A stretch of 64,000 nucleotides of DNA. Source: Vitrella brassicaformis CCMP3155 (lineage: Eukaryota; Protista; Chromerida). The notes under the pieces are model-generated. The model did not search any database and had not been told where the DNA came from. It worked only from the letters and a program-made list of their open reading frames with translations. A program made the translations under genes and the position numbers. Shown in pieces: positions 13,676 through 27,656 of this stretch; positions within the stretch are counted from its first letter, which is position 1; every line of letters starts with the position of its first letter. The DNA lies in contig CDMY01000280.1 of the NCBI GenBank assembly GCA_001179505.1, positions 62,001 to 126,000 on the forward strand. The letters run 5' to 3'.

Positions 13676-15506
13676 TGCTTAGCTATGCGGTGTGTGTGTG
13701 TGTGTGTGTAGAGCCTTCCCCCTCTCTGCCTCTGTGTAGACTTTGTTCTGTTTTTGGGCTTGGCCGGGTCGGGTGTGTGCAGCTGAGGGATTGGGAGGGC
13801 GCCAGGGAGGAGCAGCTGTGTGCGTTGTGTATAGCCGTGCGTGTGTCCATGCGGTGTGTGGGGCGGGGGACGAGTAGGAGTGTGTGTGTGTGTGTGGATA
13901 GCAGCAGCAGCAGCAGCAGCAACTGTGTAATTCGCTGCTGAGATACAGCGCGCACACTGACACACACACTGAATGAGACCGATGGATCGCATCTCAGTGA
14001 ATGTCTTCCTGTCCTTCATGGATGGATGCTGCGTATAATTTTGTGGGACGGCACCGAGGGGGCGGTTTGGCCGGGCCGGGGGCGTTGCTTGCCATTTTAT
14101 TTTGTCTGTCTGGTGGTGATGGTGGTGGTGGTGGGAATTAGAGCCATCCGCCACACAACACATCCATCGCATCACAGCACAGGGGCTGCCTGTGACTGAC
14201 TGACTGACTGACCGACCGACCGACTGACGTACCTATCGCTCCTTCCTAGTGTATATAACCCCCGTGTGTGTCACACTGCCCGGCTCTGACATTTTGTAGC
14301 GCTCGCTCTCTCTCTGCGTGTGTGTGTGTGTGTGTGTGGGCAACTCGTTTCCATATGTTTCCACTCTCCTTTCTTATCCTAACTTACTAATGCTGGGCTG
14401 TGCGTGCGTATGGGGCGTTGGGGGCGTTGGGGTGATGAAGGTATGTATCTTCCAGCCACTCACTCATGGGTGTCTCGTCTCCCTCACAGGCTTTTTATAG
14501 GTACCGATTTGATTGATGCGACCCAACACACACACACAGATGAGGGAATGGTGAAATGATAGAATGATTGGCACACGCAGCGCAGCAGGGGGGCCCTCTC
14601 TGTCTGTCTGTCTGTCTGTCTGTGTCGCCGTATTTGATAGAGTCGATGCCGCCCTCCCCTCCCTCTCTGCTGGTGTGTTCTGATGTCAAAACGAGTGACC
14701 ATTGTGTGAGTGCGTGTGCGGCTCCCTAGTGCTGATGGATGGCTGGCTGGATTGCGGGCCGTGTCAGTCAGTCAGTCAGTGAGTCATGACTCTCTCTCCC
14801 ACCCCTAGCTGCCTCCTTACCTTTTTTGTCGTCCGTCCGTCCCCTCGATCTTTGGCTCTCTCTGCTGTCTGTCTCTCGCGTGGTCGTACTGGCTGTGAGT
14901 GAGTGAGTGAGTGTCCGTACTCTCTTTCATGTGGTCGTCGTCTTGACTGACTGACTGGTGGTGGTCTCTCTCTCTCTCCCTCTCCCTCTGCGTGCGTGCG
15001 GTGCCTCTTATCTGTGTGTGTGTGTGAGACTCATGCGGTGCGGCCGTCGACTGACTGACTGACTCATCCAACCAGCCCTTTTTCTGATCAGACCTGGCTG
15101 CCTCTCTGTCTGCTGTGTGTGTGTGTGTGTGTGTCTGGCTAAGTGACGTGTTGGTACCAATGTCTGTCTGCCTGTCTGCTGGACGACACACTGACGTGAC
15201 GTTGCCATTCATTCACACCATCCATCCGCTCGCTCTCTCGGTGCAGCAGTCCGTCCACCAAGCCAACAGGCAATGGAGTCGCAGGAGTCATGGAGCCCGC
15301 CAAGTCGACAGACAAATAGACAGACACATCAAACATGGCCATGTACGTCCACAACACACACAAGGAGATGCTAGGCTATGCTGCCCTTAGCCGTGTGTTA
15401 GTTCTCTCTCCTGACTACCAAGAAAACCACCACACCCCACCGACAGTTCGAGAGCGACTGAAAGTCTATCTGCCCTTCCATCCATCTGTCAGCCTTTTAG
15501 CCCTAG

Positions 15507-18500
15507 CTACATGACGTCGTGTATGGCGTCCATCAGCACCTCCTCCTCAAGACTATCGTCACCCATACCACCACCACCACCACCCCCCGCTAAGCCCCCC
15601 TTGCCGGCTGCATCATCAGGGCTGTTGCAGCCGCCCTTGTCCAACGCACCTAGCCCTAGCAGAGAGGGCACCGTGGACGTGTCCACACTCAGCAACAATG
15701 GCTTCTTCTGTGCCTCGCCGGTGACCATCAACACTTGGCCCTTTCTCTCGCCTCGGTGCTGCTCGCCTCGTCCAGCTGTTGCGGTTGCGAAGGCTCCCCA
15801 GCCGCCGCCGGTGTCGCTTCCTTCCTCGTCTGCCTGGAGGAAAGCCGACGATGGGTGGTGGGTCTCCTGGGTGTCTGTCTCTGCATGGTGGGAGTGGTGG
15901 TGTGGGTGTGTGTCTCCCTCCTCGTCAGCTGTGGCTGCCCTGGTCTCGGCTGTCGTGTCGGTCCGCTTGCCCTCTGCTGCTGGCTCATGCACTGCCTGGG
16001 TGGCGACTGGCTTAGCAGGTTGTGTGGGGGGCGGGATCGGCGACACGGTTTGCGGTGGGGGTGCAGCGGCAGCGGGGGGATGGGAGGCGGGGGCAAGCTC
16101 GTCAGGAAACGCCGCGAACACAGCTGCTGGTGGCATGGCGTCACGCACACAGATCAACACACAACAAGATGACCGACCGAGGGAGCAAGGCATGACATGA
16201 CGCGCTGTGTGGTGTGGGTTAGGTTACCCATCGTGGCGGGATCAGCAGTGTTTGTGTCTGGTGTGGCTGCGTTGCGTGCGGCGATCCACTGGTTGCTCGA
16301 TGCTGCCCACGGAGAGGGGGTGATGGAGGGGACGCCAGAAGATGGTCCACGCGCAAAGGGGTTGCTGCACACACACACACACACACAATCGGTGTGAATG
16401 AGTCGACTGTGCAGACAGGCAATACGTTTGTGGGGCCTTGAATGGGTCGTCGTGTTGCTGGCCGGCGGCACTCGCGACCACCGACTGGATCAGCCGGTCC
16501 TCCTGAATGCCATCATGTGGGGTGGGTAGGGTAGGGTGCACACCACACACGCATCACTTGACGCGTCTGTCTCTGTCTGTCTGTCTGTCTGTCCGTTCCT
16601 ACCAGGTCATCGCGTGTGGAGCCTGACGACCCGTCAGGGCTCTGCGGCAGCAGCTGATCGTCGTCACTCCGGGGGCTATCTGCTCCGGCCACCTACACAC
16701 ACACACACAAAAATGGTATTCACCCCCTCTAGCAATGTTTGTGCGGTGACACCCAAAGCCACACACACACACACATACGTACGTGTCTGTGTCTGCCCTT
16801 TGGCCGCATGGGCAGCTCCACAGCATCGGTGGTGGACCGACCGCTGCCCCACACAGTGCGCCCAAGCAGCAAGAGACCTGCACACCCCCCCCCCCACNNN
16901 NNNNNNNNNNNNNNNNNNNNNNNNNNNNNNNNNNNNNNNNNNNNNNNNNNNNNNNNNNNNNNNNNNNNNNNNNNNNNNNNNNNNNNNNNNNNNNNNNNNN
17001 NNNNNNNNNNNNNNNNNNNNNNNNNNNNNNNNNNNNNNNNNNNNNNNNNNNNNNNNNNNNNNNNNNNNNNNNNNNNNNNNNNNNNNNNNNNNNNNNNNNN
17101 NNNNNNNNNNNNNNNNNNNNNNNNNNNNNNNNNNNNNNNNNNNNNNNNNNNNNNNNNNNNNNNNNNNNNNNNNNNNNNNNNNNNNNNNNNNNNNNNNCCC
17201 CCCCCCCCACACACACACACCTGTGGTGCATCCCGTGAGGCAGCACTCCATCCCATAAGCAAAGAACACACCCAGCAGCGCCTGTCCATGCTGCGGCACT
17301 GTCGAATGGGTCCGCCATATCGAGAACAAACTCTCAGGGCTGACAGACCAAACACACACACACACCGCTTCCCTCTCTGCCTGTCAACCAAAATGCCGCG
17401 GCTGGCTCACTTGGTTCCCCCAGCGAAGCCAGCCCTACAACCGTCCAGCCCTGTGGTCATGAGATCTTCGTCCTGGGGCGGCTGGTGCATCGGCCGCTGG
17501 TAGGCATAGCTCTGGTGCACCGACGACTTGAGCGACTGGGGCACAGGCGAACCGCACAACGACCTGGCGTGACCTGTCACACACAGACAGACAAACAAAC
17601 GTCCACACACGAGACGAGTGTTTCTAGATCTCTCCTACCCCCTCCCTCCCTCTCCTCACAGCCACCTGGCGCGATTGCGTCGATTTGCCGTTCGAGTGAG
17701 TTCATCTGCGCCTCTCGAGTGAGGAAGAAGACCACCAGCGCCGCCACCAGCAGCGGATAGGGCGCCACTCCCGAGACCAGGAGGCTGCCCACCGAGTGCG
17801 CGACGGCCGTGAGGGCTATCACGGCCACACCGAAGTTCATCGCCGCCGGCAATGTCGCCATGAACAGACTTCCCGCATCCATGCTGACACACGCACACAC
17901 ACATCCATGTGTGTGCTGTGCTGCAGGTCAGGTAGGTGTCTGTCCAGAAGCACACACACGCGCTCACCCAACCGACCTGTTTGCGTCAGCTAAGTGTCTT
18001 TTGTTTCTGTCCTTTGGCGATCCGCTGGGCGACGGCATTGGGAGGGGCAGCGAGGCCGACGACACGAGATGGCCTGCACCATGACATCACGTCAACAAAG
18101 TGAGTGCAGTGCACATCGTGTCATGTCATCGTGTGTGTCCCATCGACCGACATACGTACGCCTGTGGATGAGTGTGGCGAGGGCCAGCAGTGACAGCACA
18201 TACAGCACCGTCCACACCGACAACAGGTGGTCTGATTATATATATCCACACACAACACACAACACACACACAACACACGAACGAACCAACACCTCGAGTG
18301 AGTACATCTGTCTGTCTGTTGCAACCGTTGGCTGCGCCGCTGAATTACCGAAAAACGGCTGCATCCTAAAGTCCGTGTGCGGCAACGGCAGGAACAGCGG
18401 CAACAGCCTGATCGGTCCATCCATCACAAACCCGACAGACACAGAGACACAACAGACAGCATCCATCAGCCACGTCGGCTCGGCTCCTGTCTTGGTTCTG

Positions 18501-19133
18501 CGTATCGTACCACGCCATTGCGGCAGCTACGAAGCCCACGAGGTGCTTTAGGCTAAACCGACCCCTGTGCACCTGCGACAGCACCAATGAGGTCAACGCG
18601 GTCGTCTGCACACACAACAGACACACAGCACAGCTGTGTGGTGCACTGCACTCGCCAATTCCTCTACATGATTCAGTGAGTGTCACGTGCATGCCTGCCT
18701 GCATTGGCACGGCTGCCGTGACGGGCAGGAGGGCGTAGGTGGCGCACTCGAGGGCGAAGCCGACCCACGGCAGGATCCCATACAGCACCGGCGACAGATC
18801 TGACAACCTGTGCACACACACAGACACACACACGCACACGCGAGCAGATGAGATGTGAACCATGACTCCTCTTGTGCAATGAGTTATCTATCTGCGTGCG
18901 TACTTTGCGGCCAGATTGAGTGGCGTGACGAGGATGTGTGGGTTCAACAGAGGCACGCGCACAAACCGCACCGCCTGACACATACACACAGACGACACAC
19001 AACAGATCTGCAAAGTCCATCGGCCCTGCCTGCAGCTGGTGTATCTATCTACACACACACGTACCTGCAAGGCCGCCGCCATGGTGCAGCTGGTGTATCC
19101 CAGCAACACCTGCGCTTCCACCGACAGCGTCAT
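15507..19133 (-). CDS. Multi-pass membrane protein, probable DMT-superfamily NIPA-like Mg2+ transporter, with a long low-complexity C-terminal tail
   Basis: Exons MTLSVEAQVLLGYTSCTMAAALQ|AVRFVRVPLLNPH..|LSPVLYGILPWVGFALECATYALLPVTAAVPMQ|TTALTSLVLSQ..LKHLVGFVAAAMAW|LLPLFLP..|DHLLSVWTVLYVLSLLAL..|ATLPAAMNFGVAVIALTAVAHSVG..YPLLVAALVVFFLT. ECATYALLPVTAAVPM resembles the NIPA motif NFAAYAFAPATLVTPL. The terminal exon is Pro/Ala/Gly/acidic-rich, stop at 15507. Confidence 0.55.
16898..17197. other. Assembly gap (300 N) flanked by poly-C
   Basis: Run of N inside the minus-strand transporter-like gene. Confidence 0.99.
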
Positions 19134-19351
19134 CTCCTCCAGATCCCTTCGCCTGGACGCCGCGGGAGCTGACCAGACGCCGATGTCACAAAAACCTCAG
19201 TTCCACCACCTTTTCGTGGCTCATCTGAGGCGCTCGACACAGAGAAGCGCTTTCACTCCCATTTGGGTGCTCCTCTGCCTTCGGATACAGCAAGCGCGCA
19301 GCAGAATCGCTGCTGAGCTTGCAGATCTTTTCCCTTTCATCGCCTGGCGTC

Positions 19352-20440
19352 ATGGATGAGGCGGCCTTCAACAAGGAGCGGTCCCTGCTGCGGACCAAAC
19401 ACGCCAATGAGCTCAAGGAGCTCGAGAAGGACGTCAAGAAGAAAAAGGCAGGGCACATCACAAGGATGAGACGAATTGACGAGATCTCCAGCTTACATTT
19501 GATTGACTGACTGCGCCGGTGTATTGTGTGTCATCGTGCAGGGTGCGATGAAGGAGGCGGCTCAGAAGAAGCTCGAGGATGCCGAGGAGCGTCACGCAAA
19601 GGAGCTCGCCGAGTTCGACAAACAGAGAGGCGGTGGCGGCGGCAAACCATCCGCAGCATCAGCATCAGCATCATCATCATCATCATCGAAGGACCAACCC
19701 AAGAACGGCACGGCCTCCAGCAGCTCGTCTTCGGCCGCCCTGGCCATGAAGGTGTTCCCCGACGCCAACTGGTCGGGGCTGTCGAACAGCGAGCTGCAGG
19801 CGGCGTGTGAGGAGCGGGGCATCAGCAAGAAGGGCAAGAAGGAGGACCTCATCAGCCGACTCATGCAATTCCACCAGAGCCAGGCCGCACGGCTCAGGGA
19901 ACAGGAGGGCGGCGGCCAGGGGCAGCAGCAGCAGCAGCAGGCCAGCAGGGCGGCAGGGGGTGACGAGAATGGCGGGATGGACAAGGATGACGACGACGAC
20001 GACCCCAAGAGCCAGGCTGAGATCGAGGAGAGCGAACGGCAGTACAAGAGAGAGCTGGTCAGGCAGAGAGGGAGGGAGGGAGGGGGAAGAGAGAACACCT
20101 GCATCCATCACACACCCATCAACATACCTGTCTGCTGTGTTTGTGTGTGTGTGTGTGTGTGCAGGTGATGCGCAAGGCGCTTCGTGCGGTGCTCAACAAG
20201 CATGCGCAGAAGCTGGCGGCCGATGGCGTCACCGAGGACCCCGGCATCCCCATCGACGAGCTCTGCGAGCGGTTCGCGGCCATCAAGGTCCGCAACTTCC
20301 GACCCGAGCTGCTGGGCTACACGACAGTGGAGGAGTTCGTCGACAGCCAGCCGGACGGTTTGGTGTTTTACGACAAGAAGGCCAAGCGCCTCTACCCACC
20401 TGAGGAGGGAGACGATGACGACGAGGACGATGACGACTGA
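19352..20440 (+). CDS. SAP-domain + C-terminal LOTUS/OST-HTH-like nucleic-acid-binding protein (3 exons)
   Basis: MDEAAFNKERSLLRTKHANELKELEK..; SAP motif LSNSELQAACEERGISKKGKKEDLISRL; C-terminal LRAVLNK..GIPIDELCERFAAIKVRNFRPELLGYTTVEEFVDSQPD fits the LOTUS pattern; acidic tail; first intron GC-AG at 19448. Confidence 0.8.
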
Positions 20441-21036
20441 GTCGGCCGCTGGCCAGCCCTGTGTGGGTGTGAATAGGTGTGAGCGAGGTTGTGGCGTGTG
20501 TGCGGTTTGCACGGTTACTTCAGACTGTGAGTGAAGGTTTTGTGTGTGCGTCGTGTGCGTCGAGTGAGTGCTGGCTGCATCCATCAGCTTATGTAAGTCA
20601 TGTATCTCAGACTCATATACGAGCAGAGCAGTGTCAGTGCCAGCACTCTGTGTGTGCCGTGACGTGGCGTCATGTGAGTGAAGAAGGCACATCTGCATGT
20701 CTGAGACCACTTGTGCTGACTTCAATCAATTTCATTCTTCACCCTGTCGCGTCTCAGTCTTTGCACAGCCAAGCCAAGCCAGCCCCAGAGTATCGACACA
20801 TGGGACAAAGAGCAGCACTGCTGTCTGTTTGAAAAGAAAAGAAAAGAAAAACCGGGCCCACCTCACGTGTCTGCCTGCCTCACCCGAGTGAGCCATCTCA
20901 GCTGCCACGCCTGCCCTGCCAGCCACTTCTTAAACAAAACACCACACCCTCACGCTACCACCCACATCACACCCTCCTCGCACCACGAGAATGCACACAC
21001 CACAGCCGGCCCGTGTGTGTGTCGAGATGGGTCAGA

Positions 21037-23627
21037 TCACCAGTAGGGGTCTTTGTTGTCATCCCACGGCGGGAAACCGCCGTCGTCTTCGGGCTGACTC
21101 GGACTCAGCGGCAGCCCCTGGAGGGCCGCCGGGCTGTGGGAGGAAAGGAAGGCGCAAAGAGCCCATCCATCCATCCAGCGAGTACAGATGAGCGTGCCCC
21201 TTTCTGTCTCTCTGTTAGCGTACGTGTCAAGTGTTTGGTTCGCACTGAAGGGTACCGGTCGTGTTGTGACGGGTTGGGCGAGGACGGCAGGCTGCTGGCC
21301 GGGGCTGCGGTGGGATGTTGCCGCCCATCGCGGCCGACCCACGCTCACACTCCCGCCGACAAAACGCTGCGGCACTTCGTAGACCACTGGGGGCGGTAAG
21401 GCCTCGGCGAGAGTTACACCACACTGAATGAATGGACCAAGACAGACAGATCGATGGATGCACCTCCCTCTTCGTCTGGCTTGACACACCCACCTCGAGA
21501 AAAGCCATTTGTGACGAGAGCGTGATGGTGTGCTGGATCATAGAGGGATCTATCTGCTGGGCCAACAGGTTGGCGAGCGTCTGCCGTGCGTGGGGGGACA
21601 GCAGCGGCACCACCGTGTTGATGAAGGCACCCACATCGTCGTCGGTGCAGACACCCGTTTGGGTAAACAGCCGCCTGGGCCGCTCGAGCATTGCCGACAT
21701 CGACGTAGCGATGTGCTGCGAGCAGTACTCGTCCAGCTCAATGCCCGCCTTGCAAAATGCCGCCAAAGCTTTCACAGGCGGACACACGCATATGAGTGCA
21801 GAGAGAGAGATGACATAGTGCCATTACTTGCAAATGGCCTGAATGGGGTGCCGGCGAGGATGCCGACCAGCAGCCTACGATCATAGTCCGTAACTGACCT
21901 GAACGAAGACATCGACGGCGCTTTCACACACAGTGTCAGGGAGATCCGAGGAGGGCCCTTTCGGTCTTTGATTCTCTCCCCTCGGCGACTTACTTTGCGA
22001 ATTGCGTAATCTCCTCCCACTTGGTCTCCATGATGCACTGGCGCAGGTAACGACAAGCCATTGTGCGGAAGGGGTATGAGCAGAAGAAAACATTGACCTT
22101 GACCTCCTTAAGCGGCACCTCCCCAACTCCCGCCTCTGCAAGCTGCTCGATCGACAGCGTGTTGCCACACATGTGGAGCGGCAGGTTACTGCCCAGGAAG
22201 GTAACTCCATATTCGTGGCCCCCGTGAGCCGCTGGGCCACGAAGCCACCCCGTCGGCTTTGACAGCACCGCCACCTCTTGCCGTCCCTGTCCTTGCTGGT
22301 CTCCCTCCTTGTCCACCCCAATTTTCACCCAAGCATTAAAGCAGGCACACGCGGATGGCAGAGAGGCCTCTGTAGCGGTCGCCGATAGGCAGAGCTGGAA
22401 CCTGGTCGCCTCGTGCAGCAGCCGCTCGGCCACGAAGGGAGGTTGATTGGGGTGGTTGGGGTCTGCAGGGGGTGAGAGGCAGACGGTAGCACTGACGGAC
22501 ATCCCGGGCAGGATGCTCCGGCTGCATGTGCAGAGAGTGTCCGTGCACTCGCAGGTGGGTACGACGGGGATAGCAGGTGAAGTGGCGAAGGGGTAGGCCA
22601 CCTGCTGCTTCGAATAGCATGCCAGATCCTTGCGGTCGAAAATGACACCTGCAGGCAACACAAAACAATGAGCAGACAGCCTGTCTGAGTGTCGTGCTTG
22701 CTTCTTTCCCGCACCGACCGATGGCGTCAGGAAGCTCTTGTGTGTTGGTCGATACGATGAGGAAGTTCGCCAACTGCTCTGCCGAGGCCTGCATATGGCC
22801 GCAGGCGAGATGTCGGCAGAGGTAGCTGACCAGCACCATCACTGCAGCACACACGCAGCAGCGATGAACGACCTGACCTGTCTGTCGCGCACTTCTTAAG
22901 TAGGTATGTGTACCTGCTCTCATTGCGATAGGATCGTCTCCGTCCCAGAAGGGCTGGATGAGGTCGGGGTTCTGCAGCAGAAGGCTCGACACAGCCGCAG
23001 GCCACTGGTCACACGCCCGCTGAAGCGACGAACTTCGCCACCACAGTATGCCCAATGGACCGGATGAGCTCAATTGCGAACAGCGGATCATCTATCCAGT
23101 CGCGACGCACCATCTGTCCATGACACCACACACACGACGTGGCATCTCGTTGGTCCCATCTCTCTCCTTCCCTTCTCCCTCTATGACCTTCCTCTCGAGT
23201 TTGCGAAGCATCATGGCGCTCACGCCGCTGTGGAAGTACTCGAGGGCCTCGAGCACGGAGAGAAAGTTCTCCTTCGTCAGGGCATTGAACATAGCACTTT
23301 CCTTCTGCAAGACCAATCGAGCTGTTACGAGGTCCACCTCCTTAATCACGATGCGATGCGACTTGGACTCGCCGAAATTCGCCTCTTGAAGTATCTGACG
23401 AGGACGGTGATGCACACAAGACACACAGGCAGCTGCTCGGTTGGTTGCCTGTGTGGGTCCCTCTCTGACTCATGCCATACCGGTGTGAAGTGTGCGAATG
23501 TCATGAGGAGGTCCCGCTTGATGTGCAGCGTCTGGTCAGCGCCCACATTCGTGCTGCCTTCATCCTCCCACTCATTGACGAACACCAACTCGACAGAGGG
23601 GCTCAGGAGAGGACCGGATGTGGTCAT
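21037..23627 (-). CDS. BTB/POZ-domain protein (possible BACK/MATH-like downstream region)
   Basis: N-terminal SVELVFV..TLHIKRDLLMTFAHFTP|ILQEANFGESKSHRIVIKEVDLVTARLVL..LTKENFLSVLEALEYF follows the BTB pattern. Further spliced exons run to a stop near 21037; the 3' end is approximate. Confidence 0.65.
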
Positions 23628-23910
23628 GATGGGTGAGGGCTGAGGGATAGGGCCTGCCTGGTGCTCCGCATCAGCCCTCTGGCTGCCTGAATCATCAAGA
23701 GGAAGAAACAAAAGCATCAATTGTTCGTTTTTCACTCATTGGAGGAATCGCCTATGATGACTTACCCTCAGTGGACATACTAAGAGGACGCCAACGCCCC
23801 TTTGTGGCCCTCTGGGCCTCTTCGAAGTAAAGGGGTCGAAGTGGCCGGGTAACGGAAACGGGCCAAAGATCTGCCGATTTTCTAGCCAATCCCGCAGCCA
23901 TCGCATAGAG

Positions 23911-26885
23911 ATGGACAGCCACACGCCTCGCCGCGGGCTGTCCATCCCTCCCAACAGCCGCTCAGCCGCCTCCATGCGCGCCCCTTCCCGCACGCCCGTG
24001 CCGTCATCTGCTTACCGCCCTCTGGTCGGCAAGCCATCCCTGACGGGCAAGGCATCGCTGGGCGGCAAGGCGGGCGCCCTGGTCAAGGGCGGCAAGAGGG
24101 CGGGAGCGGGTCTGCGTGTGAGCCAGTCGCTGGGCAAGGGGAGCAAGAGGGCAGATCCCCGCAACTTCCATGACCGTGGTTTCCAGAAGGAGTGCGGGAT
24201 GCAGCTGCTGCAGTACCTCAATGCGCACGACTACCCGTACCCGATGACGGCCAAGCAGCTCAACTCGCCCAGCCGCAACGACTTCTTCAACGTGGTCAAG
24301 TTCCTCATCGGCGTCTACGACAACGAGTATCGCTATGACAAGTCCATCGAAGTCGACATATCGTCATTCTTCAGATACGTCCGGTGAGCATGGGACGACG
24401 AGGGCCAAACACAGAGAGGGGGGGAGGAGGGAGGGCAGATGTCATGGTGTGGTGTGGCGTGGCGTGGCGCGGTGTGGTCAGGTACCCGAACCCCATCAGC
24501 AAGACGGCGTTGCTCAACGTGGGTGCGCCCAACACGTGGCCATCCCTCCTGGCCGCCCTGCAGTGGCTCATCGAGCTCTGCCAATACGCCGAACAGGTCA
24601 ACACATACATCCGACCCGTCATCCATCCATCCATCCATCTCTTTCTTTGCGCGTCAGTTGGATGACCGTGAGGACCCGTTCGGTGTGTCTGACGTCGAGG
24701 AGGAGGGCGCCCATGGCAGCAGCGAAGCATCGCCATTGTCGCCCTCGTCTTCCCTGACGTCGTCTCTGCGTCGCGAGCAGTGGGTGTGTCTGAAGGAGAC
24801 CTATGCCCTCTACATGGCGGGCGAGGACCACTACCCGGAGCAAGACAGACGACTCAGTAAGATGATGCACACAACACAACACAACAGAACACAGCGCAAC
24901 ACGACACACCCCTGTGTGCGCGGCGTTGGACGGCATGGTGGTGTGTGCTGTTGACGTCCATCCATCCATCCATCCATCAGAGGCTCACTATGAGCAGATG
25001 GAGTCGGCGTTGCAGACACGGCTGCAGAATGCGCGCGATGTGAGCCGGCAAACGGGACCCCACACAGACCCACGGGGATGGCGCATGGATGGTTGAATGA
25101 AATGTGGTGGTGCGTGTGCCTTTGGCTGTCACTTACAGCGTTCGGCCGAGCAGGCGGCCTCGAAGCTGGGCTACCAGGAAGACCTGCAGAAGGAGGGTAC
25201 GGTCAGACGACATGAATGCATTCCTACACAGACAGACGGACACAAACACGCAAACACACACTCATGTGGGTGTGGCTGCGTGTGTGGTGCAGATACGTTG
25301 AAGGCGAGCATCGCACGCAAGCAGACCGACATGGAGAAACTCTCGCGGGAGATACGTAGACTGCAGGAAAACCGACAGAAGAAGGCACGCACACTAACAC
25401 TTGACACCCACAGGCGCCTATGGCTGGGTACATGTGATATATGTGTGTGTATGGTGTGCAGGAGGGTCCGTGGGGTGAGGTTGCCCGTGCGCAGCGTGAA
25501 GTAGAGGCCGTCAGGCAGATAGTCCAGGAGCTGGTCAGTGAGTGAGTGAGTCAGAAAGGGAGATGCACAACCTATGTGTCCACACATCCACACGCCCGAC
25601 CACACTGCCCTCTTGCTGTTTGTGCGTGTGTGTGGTCAGAGTGCTGAGGAGAAGAGGCTCAAGGAGACGGTGGCAGCCCAGGAGGTGGGTGTGGGTGGGT
25701 GCGTTGGTGGGGGTATGCCGTGTGTGGGTCCGTCCCTGTGTATACGTGTGTGTGTGTGTGTGTGTCTTTGTGTGCAGATAAGTGCGTCTGATGTGGAGCA
25801 TCTGCTGAGCGAGCAGCGCAGATACGAGACCAAATACAAAGCTGACAGAGACGTAAGGACACCCAACACACATACACGAAGGCGTCGAATCTCTGTTGTG
25901 GTGCCCCTCCCCCATCACTTCAGGACAAGGCCAAGTTGGACCACAGCGTCATGCAGATGGAGGATAAGGTGAGTATCGCCTCCCACACACACCAGACACA
26001 GGTCACATATGACCCATCTGTCCATTCCTCAGCTGCACCAGCGCCAGAGCTCCCTCTCATCCAATAGCCGAAAGGTAAACACGCGCATGCGCACCGGGGC
26101 CGCTCACAACAAACCCCTCCCTCCCGCCCATTTTCCTTTCCACACCCCAATCGCAGTTGCAGAGCCTCATGTCGGCCATTCGTCACGACGGGCAGCTGCC
26201 CAGCACCGACTCGCCCACCATCGGGTCGTTCCTGGCGCTGCCCACGCCGTGTCTGATGCTGCAGTGCGATGCGCTGCAGCCGGCCGCTCTCGAGCAGCAC
26301 GAGAAGGACAAGCGTGAGTGGACAGATGTCGTCGATAGCGTGGTACGTGGGTGGCTGGGTGGGGTGGTTGTGGGTGGTGTGATGCCATCGGCATACATGT
26401 CTGTGTGTGTGTGTGTAGTTGGGTGTGGATAGCCAAAGGTTTCGTGATCAGCTGGAGGGGCTAATCGAGCAGGAGGCCCAACACCATAGCAAGGTAAGTG
26501 GGTGAGATATCTGCGGTGTGTCGTGCCGTGTGTGAAAGGCCTGTCGTATTCTGTGAACAGTTGAGTGCTGAGGCGGATGAGCTGCAGAGGGCCATCGACG
26601 CCATGACAAAGACCATCAAACAAAACCAACAAGTACATTCCCACCCTCCCTACCGACACGCACGCCGCCCAAACACACCACCCTCGGATGCCCCCGCCTC
26701 TCTCTCTGTGTGTGCAGGCCAAGGACCGGTCTCACTGTCGGTATGAGCGTCACGTGGACGAACTGCAGCGGCTGCAGAAGCAGCACGAGGAGGAAGTAAA
26801 CAACATCAACAAGGAGACACAGGTGGGCGAGTGGGTCGCCCACACATAACAATGCATAGACCAGGGGACAAATGGACGGTTTCTT

Positions 26886-26920
<35 letters not shown>

Positions 26921-27447
26921 GCGACGATAGCCAAGGTTGAGAAGGAGCAGGCGGACGAGGAACGCAGCCTGCGCCAAATCGAGGAGGAAAAAGAGGCACT
27001 CCCACACATCCATCCATCCATCCACCCACATGTATCTGTCTTCTTTCCTTGTCTCTGTCTGGCAGCTGTTGCGTGACCAGATCACCGCTCAGCGTGAGGA
27101 GTGGCAGCAGAGGGCCAAGACGGCATGTGACATCATCAAAGAGGTACGCACACACATGGCCATGATGCAAGACTCTGTCTGTCTGTCTGTCTATGTGTGT
27201 CTCTCGGTCTGCAGAGTGTGCGCATGGTCGATGCTGCCCAGCCGCCTGTCGTCAAGGCACTCAACGAGTGAGAGAGAATGGCAAGACACACGCCAAGATC
27301 ATTTCTTTCTTCTGTGTGCCGTCCATGTCTCTGCGTCACATCAGTGGTTTCCAAGCCCTGGTAGACGTCAAGAAGCACCTCTCACAGCAGGAGGCCGCTA
27401 TGCCGCTGCGCATGCCGACCTTCCCCACTGATGAAGAGCCTCAGTGA
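23911..27447 (+). CDS. NDC80: Kinetochore protein NDC80/HEC1
   Basis: Basic N-terminal tail, then the CH-domain signature DPRNFHDRGFQKEC..QLNSPSRNDFFNVVKFL..SIEVDISSFFRYVR|YPNPISKTALLNVGAPNTWPSLLAALQWLIEL, then long coiled-coil exons to the stop at 27447. Confidence 0.92.
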
Positions 27448-27656
27448 TGGCTGGATGGCCGCACATTAGATGGTCGACTGGGTGTGTGGATGGATATGAG
27501 CGGTCGGTTGGGATGCATTCACGTGCCTTCGTGTGTATACATTCAGAAAGACACTGACTGGCCTGACCGACAGACTCATTTTCTTTCCACAAGTGGCAGT
27601 CTTTGCTAACCAAACGACACAGTCAGAGTCCTCGGCAAACAGTCACATCGCTGCGA

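Noticed and set aside
13700-15480. Dense mixed SSR tract (GACT, GTCT, CAG, GA) that could look like a repeat array or CRISPR
   Set aside because: No repeat-spacer periodicity and no cas genes; ordinary convergent intergenic SSRs.
3784-17197. Three identical-length N runs beside poly-G/poly-C, inflating ORFs
   Set aside because: Fixed 300-N scaffold gaps at homopolymers are an assembly artefact.
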